Assembly: GCA_049294075.1 (NCBI GenBank)
Contig: JBAQCK010000138.1
Location: forward strand, 38,361-102,360
Reading direction: 5' to 3'
Source of the DNA: Bacteroidales bacterium
GTDB taxonomy: Bacteria > Bacteroidota > Bacteroidia > Bacteroidales > VadinHA17
DNA: 64,000 bases
Positions 19,283 through 28,368 of the stretch are shown in pieces; the first letter of the stretch is position 1, and each line of letters begins with the position of its first letter. The position numbers and the translations under genes are program-made. The notes under the pieces were generated by a model. That model saw nothing but the letters and a program-made list of their open reading frames with translations, was not told the origin of the DNA and did no database searches.

Positions 19283-20230
19283 TCAAACCAGGATCTTTGT
19301 AGTAAGGTTGGTGATGCTTTTCCGGATGTCAAGGAACATATCGCCGTCCCTGCTGTCATCCTGCTCGACGATCATGTACTTCATCCCTGCCACGTCTTTC
19401 GCTGCAATGATCTCCTTGAAATTGACTACACCTTCTCCGACCGGTGCGACGTTATCCTTTACAACATCAAAGTAAGGAGGAAGCTGCTGATAACCGTCTT
19501 TCAGGTGGTAAATAGGGAATCTTCCGGGATATTTGTTGAAGATATCCACCGGATTATGACCGGCCTGTGTTACCCAGAACATATCCATCTCCATAATCAC
19601 CAGATCCTTATCCAGTTCAGCGAGCATCACATCGAAATAGGGGACTTTTCCCTCCACTGTTGCAAACTCAAAATTGTGGTTATGATAACCGAACTGCAGT
19701 CCGAATTCCTTCATTACCTTTCCAATTTCATTCCAGTTTGCGGCCATTTTCTGGTAAGTGGCTATTGAGTTTCGCATCTCCTCAACTATCCATGGCTGGA
19801 TGCAGTATTTGGCTCCGATAATGGCATGATCCTCAGCCATCTTTCTGGCACTATCGAGAGTAACGCCTGCTCCCTCAACCTGGGTGTGGCTGCTTAAAAT
19901 CTCCATTCCAAGATCATTCACAAGTTTCTTAAAGTCGGCCGGTGCATAGCCATAAAACTTGCCATCGACATAATCAGCAAGCTCTACATACTTGTAACCA
20001 AGGTCGGAAACCTTTTTCAGTGAACCAGGAGCATCTGTTGCCATCGCATCCCTGATTGTATAAAGCTGAAGGCCGAGATTAAATGATTTCGGATCGACGA
20101 TTACAGGTTCCGGAGCCTTCGCGGCCTTATTCGAGGCGTTCCGGCAGGAAGACTGTGATAAAACGAAAGCTCCGAGAGCGCCAGCAGCTGACACTCGCAG
20201 AAATTCTCTCCTGGATTGTGATTTTTTCAT
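19283..20230 (-). CDS. TAT-exported sugar phosphate isomerase/epimerase (xylose-isomerase-like TIM barrel)
   Basis: Twin-arginine signal SRREFLRVSAAGALGA. The TIM-barrel family assignment comes from overall pattern only. Confidence 0.65.
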   Translation of the reverse strand: MKKSQSRREFLRVSAAGALGAFVLSQSSCRNASNKAAKAPEPVIVDPKSFNLGLQLYTIRDAMATDAPGSLKKVSDLGYKYVELADYVDGKFYGYAPADFKKLVNDLGMEILSSHTQVEGAGVTLDSARKMAEDHAIIGAKYCIQPWIVEEMRNSIATYQKMAANWNEIGKVMKEFGLQFGYHNHNFEFATVEGKVPYFDVMLAELDKDLVIMEMDMFWVTQAGHNPVDIFNKYPGRFPIYHLKDGYQQLPPYFDVVKDNVAPVGEGVVNFKEIIAAKDVAGMKYMIVEQDDSRDGDMFLDIRKSITNLTTKILV

Positions 20231-20325
20231 CAGTATATAATTTTGATTTTAAAGGTCTGATGGAACCCACATGTTTGAAAATTATATACATACGTGTTTG
20301 TGTATTTGATACATGTGGGTTTCAT
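20224..20325 (+). repeat. conserved ~100-bp intergenic element, copy A
   Basis: Aligns by eye with 30794-30900 and 41803-41907. Hairpin arms are 20262-20273 (GGAACCCACATG) and 20312-20323 (CATGTGGGTTTC). Confidence 0.8.
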
Positions 20326-20594
20326 AGTGGTAATTCTAAATGATTATAAGTTAATTGTTTGTTTTAACGAGATATAACTTCCAAAAATAATACAATTCTT
20401 AAATGAATTTAATTGAATTTCGATTTTTCTGCTTTATTCCTGCAGGCGGAATAGCAGAAGTATGCTTTGAAAAGCCTGCTGATCTTGCTTTCGACGAAAA
20501 GCATTAACTTGCTTTGGAATTTCCAGGAGAGTCCATAAATCCTGATGAAAGCTTTGTATAAAAACTACAGGTATAACAAAAATTTTATAAGAAC

Positions 20595-21772
20595 ATGTCC
20601 GGAATTATCATTATCATGACCATCATTCTTGTTTCATCGTGCGGTTCGAGGCCGTTATCGGAGAAAAAGACTGATACAGAGTTGAAGTGGTCGGTCAGGA
20701 TGGCCAACACGGTCATCAACAGGTCTGACAGTCTTGTCTTTTATGTCGACCGGCACCCAAATGGGCATATGATGTTGCTTTCCTGTGAATGGGCATGGAC
20801 CGTCTGGGAGCTGTTGATCCCTTATACTCCGGATACATGGAGGAATGGGTAGATTATTTCGTACAGCCAGATGGCAGTGTTCTTGATTACAGAAAAGAGG
20901 AATATAACCTTGACAGGATTTTTCCCGGCAGGAACGTGCTGACGGTTTACAGGAGGAGAGGGGATGCAAAATACAAGACTGCCCTGGACGGATTAATTGA
21001 CCAGCTCCGCGATCATCCTAAAACCCAATCGGGCGGTTACTGGCATAAAAAGATATACCCGTGGCAGATGTGGCTTGACGGGATCTTCATGGGATCGACC
21101 TACATGGTTCAGTATGCTTCCGAATTCGGCGCACCGGAATGGTTTGACGTTGCCGTGAACCAGGCAGTGATGGCTTATGAGAAGACACTCGATAAGGAAT
21201 CGGGATTACTTATGCATGCCTGGGATGAAAGCAGGCAGCAGAAGTGGTGCGATCCTGAAACAGGCCGTTCTCATTATCCATGGAGTCGTGCAACTGGCTG
21301 GTATCTGATGGCCCTTACGGATATCCTGGAATATCTTCCTGAGGATCATCCCGGAAGGGTCGATTTGCTCAGGATATTACAATCCACGTCTGAAGCTCTC
21401 CTGAAAGTGCAGGATCCAAATACCGGGCTCTGGTTCCAGGTGCTGAATCAGGGCGGGAGGGATGGTAATTATGTTGAAGGATCAGGTTCGGCAATGTTTG
21501 CTTATGTTTTTGCCCGTGAGGCAAACAAGGGATTTCTCGATAAGACTTACCTGGAAATCGCTGAAAAGGCATTTGACAACATAGTAAAGGAACTAATTAC
21601 AATTGATGAAAGAGGCAACCTGACAATGCATAATATAGTCGGAGGATGCGGTCTGGGAGGGAATCCATACCGTGATGGTTCATACGAATACTACGTCAAC
21701 GAAAAACGTGTTGACAATGACACTAAAGGTGTGGCTCCCTTTATTCTGGCAGCGCTGGAACTGGATAAATAA
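20595..21772 (+). pseudogene. GH105/GH88-type unsaturated (rhamno)galacturonyl/glucuronyl hydrolase, disrupted
   Basis: Lipoprotein signal plus N-terminus lie in frame 0. The GH-like sequence PKWAYDVAFL continues in another frame after the A3 run at 20759-20761, then meets an in-frame TGA at 20786-20788. The remaining 327 aa are intact (YWHKKIYPWQMWLDGIFMG...). Confidence 0.6.
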
Positions 21773-21775
21773 AGA

Positions 21776-23044
21776 CTACAGGAATATCCTTTTTATGTGT
21801 CGTTCGTACATGTTCTCAAAGACACATTGGGAGACAATCTCCTTGTACTCATCAAGCAGCCTGTAAAAATCATCCATTTCGTGAGCGGCCAGCTTGTAGG
21901 CAACATGAACCAGTTGCCGCATATTCGGATTATAATCGCGGTTCGACTGATCGTGCCGGAGCGATGATGAAAATTTCCTGCTGTTCCATGAACGCACCTC
22001 TCCCGCCGAGGGCAGGAGAGATGTATTTATGTCAATCACATCGGCATAGGGGGCACATAGCTCCTCAATCTTTTCAAGTGCTTGTATGTAAATGGATAAG
22101 GCAAAATCAAGAGCCTCTCCTCCGGCTTCTGCAAGTCCGATTACCTCCTCGAGCCATGTGGTTCCGGCAGTTTTGAGATGCACCCCCTTGTCATGTTTTT
22201 TGAGGATAGAACCGATGTGAGGATACAGGGCAAATTTGTCAGAACCGGAATGAATGCTGATCTTCAGTTCGGGTGGCAGTCCGAATTTTTTCACTGCATG
22301 ATCGATGACCAGAAGATCCTCCTCGAACTCAACGGCAAACTCATTTGCATCACCAACATAGTCAACTCCCTTGTTGAATCTTCCCGAGAATTTCGGAGCG
22401 ATGGTCTGGACCGGTACTTTTTCATTTCCCAGCATGAGCAGGATGAAAAACAGATCCACAGGCGACTGGGGCTTGGCTACTTCATCCATCGATACTTCGG
22501 TGATGAAGTTGCCGGCACCCTTTGCTTTTTCAATCTTCCTGTAAATCTCGCCTGCTTTTTGCGCAGCATAGAGATAATTTTCAGCTATCCCCGTCAACTG
22601 GTCAATGGAACATTTAACCGGTCTTTTGATACCCGGCACTTCGATCCTGCCGGTGTATTTCTTTGCCTTTTCGATGAATTCGCCGACTTTTGAATCAGCT
22701 GCACGCTTCCCAATATAAGAAGCGACGTCGATGGTGAAGAAGTCGGAACTCGATATAAATTTGTCGACCGTATCAAGATTTATATGATCGGCATCGACAA
22801 AATAGGGTTCCGCAAAACCGGATGCCTTTGTGACGGCATCAGCCTCCTTTCTTACATCCTGGGGCTGGGTGCCGATAATCATGTGTTCCCTGTTTGACTT
22901 GTTCCATACAGGTGTAATTCCGGCACCATTTTTCCCGGCCTCGATAATTGCTTTAAGCTGGGCATGGCCCTGGTGGCCAAAGCGGTCACCCATCCCCATT
23001 GAATATTTCCCTAATTTCTTCATTACCTGGCTATAAGTTTTCAA
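21776..23044 (-). CDS. putative tagaturonate/fructuronate epimerase (UxaE-like)
   Basis: YSMGMGDRFGHQG N-terminal motif, TIM-barrel-like length, and position in the hexuronate operon. Assignment from memory of the family. Confidence 0.5.
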   Translation of the reverse strand: MKTYSQVMKKLGKYSMGMGDRFGHQGHAQLKAIIEAGKNGAGITPVWNKSNREHMIIGTQPQDVRKEADAVTKASGFAEPYFVDADHINLDTVDKFISSSDFFTIDVASYIGKRAADSKVGEFIEKAKKYTGRIEVPGIKRPVKCSIDQLTGIAENYLYAAQKAGEIYRKIEKAKGAGNFITEVSMDEVAKPQSPVDLFFILLMLGNEKVPVQTIAPKFSGRFNKGVDYVGDANEFAVEFEEDLLVIDHAVKKFGLPPELKISIHSGSDKFALYPHIGSILKKHDKGVHLKTAGTTWLEEVIGLAEAGGEALDFALSIYIQALEKIEELCAPYADVIDINTSLLPSAGEVRSWNSRKFSSSLRHDQSNRDYNPNMRQLVHVAYKLAAHEMDDFYRLLDEYKEIVSQCVFENMYERHIKRIFL

Positions 23045-24443
23045 CGCGTTTCATTTTGGGAACAAGGAAGTGCATCAGAATCCAGGCCAGGATGTAAGCT
23101 ATTCCACAGAATATAAACATAATACTGTATCCGACTTCTGTTTTATCGAGAGCTGTGTAATGCTTCAGCAGAAGACCTGCCGCCTGCGCAACAAGGATAC
23201 CGCCAACTGCACCTGCCATACCTCCGATACCGGTGACGGATGCCACGGCTTTTTTAGGGAACATGTCGGTTACAGTTGTAAATATGTTTGCAGACCATGC
23301 CTGGTGAGCTGCACAGGCCAGTCCGATAACAAGAACTGCATACCATGTATTAAACTGTCCGAGCCAACTTGCCAGAAGAACTGAAAGCGGAAACAGAGCA
23401 TAGATAAACATCGATAGTTTCCTGGCCTTGTAGGTAACCATTCCGCTGTTCATGAATTTCTTCGGCAGCCAGCCGCCGAAGATAGATCCGACGGTGGCAA
23501 TTGTATAAACGACTGCCACTGCGAATGTCCAGCTTATAACGCCGGGAATGTCAGCCCCGGTGCCCGCGTAAGTGGGATTCATTGTTTTGAATTCAAGTAT
23601 CTTCCTTGCATTTTCTCCGTTAAGGAAGGCTGGTAACCAGAAAAGGTAGAACCACCACACGGGGTCGGTGAGGAACTTTCCGAAGAAGAAGGCCCATGTC
23701 TGACGTTTCGCAAGAAGTATCACCCATGGAACCTTTTCTGTCTGGCCTTCAACTTCTTTCTTTTTTTCTTCTTTTTCGTCGATGTCGCTGTGGATGTAAT
23801 CATATTCAGCCTGAGACAGGATACCTGCCCTGAGCTTTTGTTCAGGAGAGGCATAGGTGCGGAACCAGAATAACAGCCAGATCAGTCCGATCACACCGAC
23901 AAATATGAATGCCACCTGCCAGCCCCAGTGCACCGCGATCCATGGAACGAAAAGCGGGGTGAGGATGGCTCCGACGTTGGTTCCTGAGTTGTAAATACCT
24001 GTGGCAAGTGCTCTTTCCTTCTTTGGAAACCATTCTGCCATAGTCTTGTTGGCGGCAGGGAAGTTACCTGCTTCAGTGAAGCCCAGAGCTGCTCTCCATA
24101 TACCAAAGGTGAAAGTGTTATATGCCAGAGCGTGGCCTATCGCCGCAATGCTCCAGCCAAGAAGCGAAAAGGCATATCCTCTTTTGGTCCCGATCCAGTC
24201 GATGAACCTGCCTGCAAGTGTCATACCTATGGCATAGGCAATCTGAAAACTCATGACGACCCATGAATAATACAATTCCTGGTTTGCCTTGTCGGGTCCG
24301 AAAATGCCATCTTCGGCCAGAGTGGGTTTAAGAAGACCAAGAACGTTCCGGTCGAAATAGTTCACTGTGGTTGCGAAAAAAACAAGAGCACAGATTGTCC
24401 ACCTGTATTTTCCAATTGTCTCATTGATTGAAGCTGCTGACAT
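23031..24443 (-). CDS. exuT: MFS hexuronate transporter
   Basis: 12-TM MFS protein. N-terminal FFATTVNYFDRNVLG is typical of the ExuT/ACS family. Confidence 0.8.
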   Translation of the reverse strand: MSAASINETIGKYRWTICALVFFATTVNYFDRNVLGLLKPTLAEDGIFGPDKANQELYYSWVVMSFQIAYAIGMTLAGRFIDWIGTKRGYAFSLLGWSIAAIGHALAYNTFTFGIWRAALGFTEAGNFPAANKTMAEWFPKKERALATGIYNSGTNVGAILTPLFVPWIAVHWGWQVAFIFVGVIGLIWLLFWFRTYASPEQKLRAGILSQAEYDYIHSDIDEKEEKKKEVEGQTEKVPWVILLAKRQTWAFFFGKFLTDPVWWFYLFWLPAFLNGENARKILEFKTMNPTYAGTGADIPGVISWTFAVAVVYTIATVGSIFGGWLPKKFMNSGMVTYKARKLSMFIYALFPLSVLLASWLGQFNTWYAVLVIGLACAAHQAWSANIFTTVTDMFPKKAVASVTGIGGMAGAVGGILVAQAAGLLLKHYTALDKTEVGYSIMFIFCGIAYILAWILMHFLVPKMKRVENL

Positions 24444-24463
24444 AACATCCGGATTAGGTAGGC

Positions 24464-25918
24464 TTAAACATTATAGGTTGTTGATGCGGTTGATCCTCCG
24501 CGGCCGGTCCAGTTGGTATGGAAAAATTCTTTCCTGGGCTTGTCGATGCGTTCATAGGTATGGGCACCGAAGTAATCCCTCTGGGCCTGAAGCAGGTTGG
24601 CCGGAAGATTTTCGCATCTGTATCCGTCAAAATAGCAGAGCGCCGAAGACATGGCTGGCACAGGAATCCCGTTGACGAGAGCGGCAGAGATAACATTTCT
24701 CCATCCGGCCTGTGCCTTCTCAACCTTTGTCTTGAAGAACGGATCGAGAAGCAGGTTGGGAATATCCTCATTGGCATCAAATGCTTCCTTTATCTTTCCG
24801 AGGAATGCTGACCTGATTATGCAGCCACCCCTCCACATCAGGGCTATCCCACCGTAATTCAGTTTCCATCCGAATTCCTGAGCTGCAGCTCTCATCAGGG
24901 AATAACCCTGTGCGTATGACACGATTTTCGAGGCGTAAACTGCTTCTTTGAGGTCAGTCACAAATGATTTCAGATTGCCTTTGAATACTTTGGCCGGACC
25001 TGTGATTATCTTCGATGCAGCCACTCGTTCATCTTTCAGTGCCGAAAGACATCTCGCGAACACGGCTTCGCCTATCAGGGTAAGTGGGATACCGAAGTCA
25101 AGCGCAGTTACCGCGGTCCATTTACCGGTGCCCTTCTGACCGGCAGTATCAAGGATTTTATCGACCATTGGTTCTCCGTCTTCATCCTTGAAGGCAAGAA
25201 TATCCCTTGTTATTTCAATCAGATAACTGTCGAGGTCCCCCTTGTTCCATTCCCTGAACACAACGTGCATCTCATCGGCGTTCATTTTGAGAAGATCCCT
25301 CATAATCTGGTAAGCTTCGCAGATAAGCTGCATATCGCCATATTCAATACCGTTATGCACCATTTTCACGAAATGGCCTGCGCCATTTTCACCCACCCAG
25401 TCACAGCATGGAGTTCCGCCGTCAACTTTTGCGGCAATAGCCTGGAAAATTGGTTTGACTTCGGGCCAGGCAGCAGGTGAACCTCCGGGCATGATGGACG
25501 GTCCGAGAAGTGCTCCTTCCTCTCCGCCTGAAACACCGGTTCCGATGTATAGAAGTCCCTTGCTTTCAACAAGGGCTGTTCTTCTGTTTGTATCAGGGAA
25601 ATGAGTGTTTCCGCCGTCAATGATAATATCGCCCTTTTCAAGGAGGGGGATAAGTGAGTTGATCATGTCGTCAACAGCACTTCCGGCCTTTACCATTATC
25701 ATTATTTTCCTTGGCCTTTTTAGTGACTTAACCAACTCTTCCAGGGAGTGGGCTCCGACAATTCTTTTTCCTGAGGCCCGGCCTGACAGGAAATCATCAA
25801 CCTTTTGAAGCGTGCGGTTGTACACTGTGACCTGGAATCCTTTGCTCTCCATGTTGAGAACAAGGTTTTCGCCCATCACAGCCAGTCCGATCAATCCGAT
25901 ATCCGATTTTGTGTTCAT
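24464..25918 (-). CDS. gnd: 6-phosphogluconate dehydrogenase (decarboxylating)
   Basis: GLIGLAVMGENL Rossmann motif, IIDGGNTHF, and full-length 6PGD C-terminal domain. Confidence 0.93.
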   Translation of the reverse strand: MNTKSDIGLIGLAVMGENLVLNMESKGFQVTVYNRTLQKVDDFLSGRASGKRIVGAHSLEELVKSLKRPRKIMIMVKAGSAVDDMINSLIPLLEKGDIIIDGGNTHFPDTNRRTALVESKGLLYIGTGVSGGEEGALLGPSIMPGGSPAAWPEVKPIFQAIAAKVDGGTPCCDWVGENGAGHFVKMVHNGIEYGDMQLICEAYQIMRDLLKMNADEMHVVFREWNKGDLDSYLIEITRDILAFKDEDGEPMVDKILDTAGQKGTGKWTAVTALDFGIPLTLIGEAVFARCLSALKDERVAASKIITGPAKVFKGNLKSFVTDLKEAVYASKIVSYAQGYSLMRAAAQEFGWKLNYGGIALMWRGGCIIRSAFLGKIKEAFDANEDIPNLLLDPFFKTKVEKAQAGWRNVISAALVNGIPVPAMSSALCYFDGYRCENLPANLLQAQRDYFGAHTYERIDKPRKEFFHTNWTGRGGSTASTTYNV

Positions 25919-25968
25919 AAAAATATGTTTTTCAATTAATTATAAATTTGTCTCTTCGTATAAAAGCT

Positions 25969-26964
25969 CTATGTTTTAAGCCCTGTTCCCCGATAGTATT
26001 CCCTTACAACCTCATCCAGCACCCAACTGGTTCTCGCAGCCGTTGCTCCTGTGCTTACAACATCCCCGGCGCCTGAAAGGGCCCTGACGATTTGTTCTAT
26101 AAGGTAGAACTGGATATTTTCAGGTCTTTCATTCACAAATTCCTGTGTTCCGGCGGAATTGACAAGTACGATCGGGTCGTATGTAAAAGTAGAGGTTTTT
26201 ATAATTCCTTTTTCACCCGCTATTTCAAAATAATCCCTGTTTGCTTCCCGGGAAACGCTGAAACTCCATATTCCGGTTCCGATTATATTGTCACGGAAAA
26301 GAAAGCTGGCAGCAACGAAATCCTCAGCCTTATACAGCTGGCCCTGGTTGGCGGCAAGGGCCGATACTTTCAGGACAGGGCCGAAAAGATAGTCAAGGAA
26401 ATCAAGCTGATGTGAACCGAGGTCAAAGAAATGGCCCGCACCGGAGATTTCAGGGATGACACGCCACGGCAGATTTCCTGATTTTTCATTTTCTGAAGCA
26501 TAATTATAAATCTGGAAATTTGTGAATCGCGGTTTCCCTATTTCGCCGGCATCGATAAGTTTTTTTATAAGCCGGAAACCGGGTAGAGTTCTTCTGTAAT
26601 ATGCAACGTAAACCGGGATGCCTGTAAGTTCAGCCATCTCATTTATCATGACGCACTCCCTGTAATTTGCAGCCATTGGTTTTTCAATATAAACCGGCTT
26701 GCCGGCTTTGAGAGCCCTGATGGCGTATTCGGCATGACTTCCCGGGGGAGTGGCTATGTATACGGCATTTACCTCATTGTCGTTGATGAGTTCATCGGGG
26801 TCGGAATAAAATCTTGGTACATTATGTCTCCTTGCATAGTCTTCGGCCAGGGCTTTGTCACGCCGCATCACGGCGACAAGCCTCGAACCGGCCACCTTGC
26901 TGAATGCCGGACCGCTTTTTTGTTCTGTGACTTTGCCGCAGCCTATTATCCCCCAGTTGATCAT
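25969..26964 (-). CDS. Gfo/Idh/MocA family oxidoreductase
   Basis: WGIIGCGKV Rossmann motif and the EKPMA motif. Confidence 0.85.
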   Translation of the reverse strand: MINWGIIGCGKVTEQKSGPAFSKVAGSRLVAVMRRDKALAEDYARRHNVPRFYSDPDELINDNEVNAVYIATPPGSHAEYAIRALKAGKPVYIEKPMAANYRECVMINEMAELTGIPVYVAYYRRTLPGFRLIKKLIDAGEIGKPRFTNFQIYNYASENEKSGNLPWRVIPEISGAGHFFDLGSHQLDFLDYLFGPVLKVSALAANQGQLYKAEDFVAASFLFRDNIIGTGIWSFSVSREANRDYFEIAGEKGIIKTSTFTYDPIVLVNSAGTQEFVNERPENIQFYLIEQIVRALSGAGDVVSTGATAARTSWVLDEVVREYYRGTGLKT

Positions 26965-28232
26965 TTGAGCTTGTCTTTAGCCGCCCAAAGTCCCAGCGCG
27001 GGATTTGAGATATAGTAAATTTCCTCACCGTCAGGCATACTGTTCACACCTTCGTGCAGTAGGGCCGGATCATATTTCTTTATCTTGGTCTCAAGGCTGG
27101 CGTATTTGAAATTGACCGATTCAATTTCCTGCCTTGTAAGGTTGCCCGGACAATAGGTTATTGAGAATCTTCCTTCCGAACTGCCGTGAATAAGGTGTGC
27201 TGCAGCACTAAGATTGTCCATCAGTTCCGGATTCTGGTCGAGCGCCTTAAGTGTGGCGGGGGTTCCCCTGTAGCCATATTTCCTTATAAGCCTGTCAATC
27301 TCCTTGTCCTCCCCAAACTCACTCAGTCCGGGTGCAAGTATAATCAGTTCGCCATTGTCAGCCATCGCCATCCTGGTCCGGTAAATGCTTTTGTTGCCGA
27401 GCCAGGTGCTTTTGAACTCAGAGGGATCGAGATAAACGACTGCCTTCTTTATCGGCTTGTCGAGAACTGTAAAATTGACCTTGATTGAAAGTTCAGAGGC
27501 CAGTCTGAACACTTCGTAGTCGTCGCCAATGAAAAGTCCCCGGATCACAAGTTTGCCGTCATCATCGCGGCCAATGACCGTCTGAATATAAACAACCGGC
27601 AGTTCCTTAATGAAGCTATCGGAAGCATAGTTGAGCAATCTTCTTACCGGAGTGTCAGCTTTGCCCATCATCCGTTCCATACCGTAGACAGCTCCTACGA
27701 AATGGCTTTTGTTGATCCCTTCCGGACCACCTGTTCCGATAAACAGGTTCTTGTTATAGTTGGCCATCCCCACCACCTCGTGGGGCACAACCTGGCCAAT
27801 TGAGATAATAAGATCGTGCCTGCCGTTTACCAGAAGCTTGTTGAGCTGAGCCGGCCAGGAGTAGCTGAGCTTTCCTTCGGTGATTTCGCTTATGAATTCG
27901 CCAGGAACAGTTCCCACAGTTACAACATCATTCCTCCAGTCGTGAACCCTGAACAACTCTGCAGGGACCCCTCTGAACATTTCAGAAATCTCAGCCGGTG
28001 ACATTGGAGAGTGGGTGCCCAGGGCCGGTAGTATGTCGGTCAGGTTCTCCTTGTAATACCGGTGAACGAGAGTGGTAATGTCCCCGGCCCGGGAGTGGAA
28101 CCTGGTGAAATCAGGAGGCAATGCAAGTACTTTTTTGCGCTGCCCCAGCTTCACGAGTGCTGAAAAGACTCCATACTCAAGTTCATTTGGGCCGATTACT
28201 GTATTTTCCGAACCGAATTGGTAGTATATCAT
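26961..28232 (-). CDS. LarA-family (DUF2088) putative nickel-pincer 2-hydroxyacid racemase/epimerase
   Basis: The segment IGQVVPHEVVGMANYNKNLFIGTGGPEGINKSH matches the LarA PH...G..K......H spacing. 423 aa. Confidence 0.6.
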   Translation of the reverse strand: MIYYQFGSENTVIGPNELEYGVFSALVKLGQRKKVLALPPDFTRFHSRAGDITTLVHRYYKENLTDILPALGTHSPMSPAEISEMFRGVPAELFRVHDWRNDVVTVGTVPGEFISEITEGKLSYSWPAQLNKLLVNGRHDLIISIGQVVPHEVVGMANYNKNLFIGTGGPEGINKSHFVGAVYGMERMMGKADTPVRRLLNYASDSFIKELPVVYIQTVIGRDDDGKLVIRGLFIGDDYEVFRLASELSIKVNFTVLDKPIKKAVVYLDPSEFKSTWLGNKSIYRTRMAMADNGELIILAPGLSEFGEDKEIDRLIRKYGYRGTPATLKALDQNPELMDNLSAAAHLIHGSSEGRFSITYCPGNLTRQEIESVNFKYASLETKIKKYDPALLHEGVNSMPDGEEIYYISNPALGLWAAKDKLK

Positions 28233-28278
28233 TTCTTTTTCTTTTATGTCACACTAAAATTCATTCGTCAGTTTCTTG

Positions 28279-28362
28279 CACGGCGTGCGGCTTGCGGTTT
28301 TCGGCTTATGCGACTTTCCTGCTTTACTGCCGACCGCACACTGCCAACTGCCAACTTCTGCG
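28279..28362. repeat. degenerate tandem heptamer tract
   Basis: One 7-nt register throughout: cacggcg tgcggct tgcggtt ttcggct tatgcga ctttcct gctttac tgccgac cgcacac tgccaac tgccaac ttctgcg. Confidence 0.7.
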
Positions 28363-28368
28363 GGTGCC

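Noticed and set aside
20786-20788. In-frame TGA in the GH105-type gene as selenocysteine or another recoding event.
   Set aside because: No glycoside hydrolase of this type uses Sec. A frameshift lies 27 bp upstream, and no convincing stem-loop follows the TGA. Pseudogenisation or assembly error is the simpler explanation.
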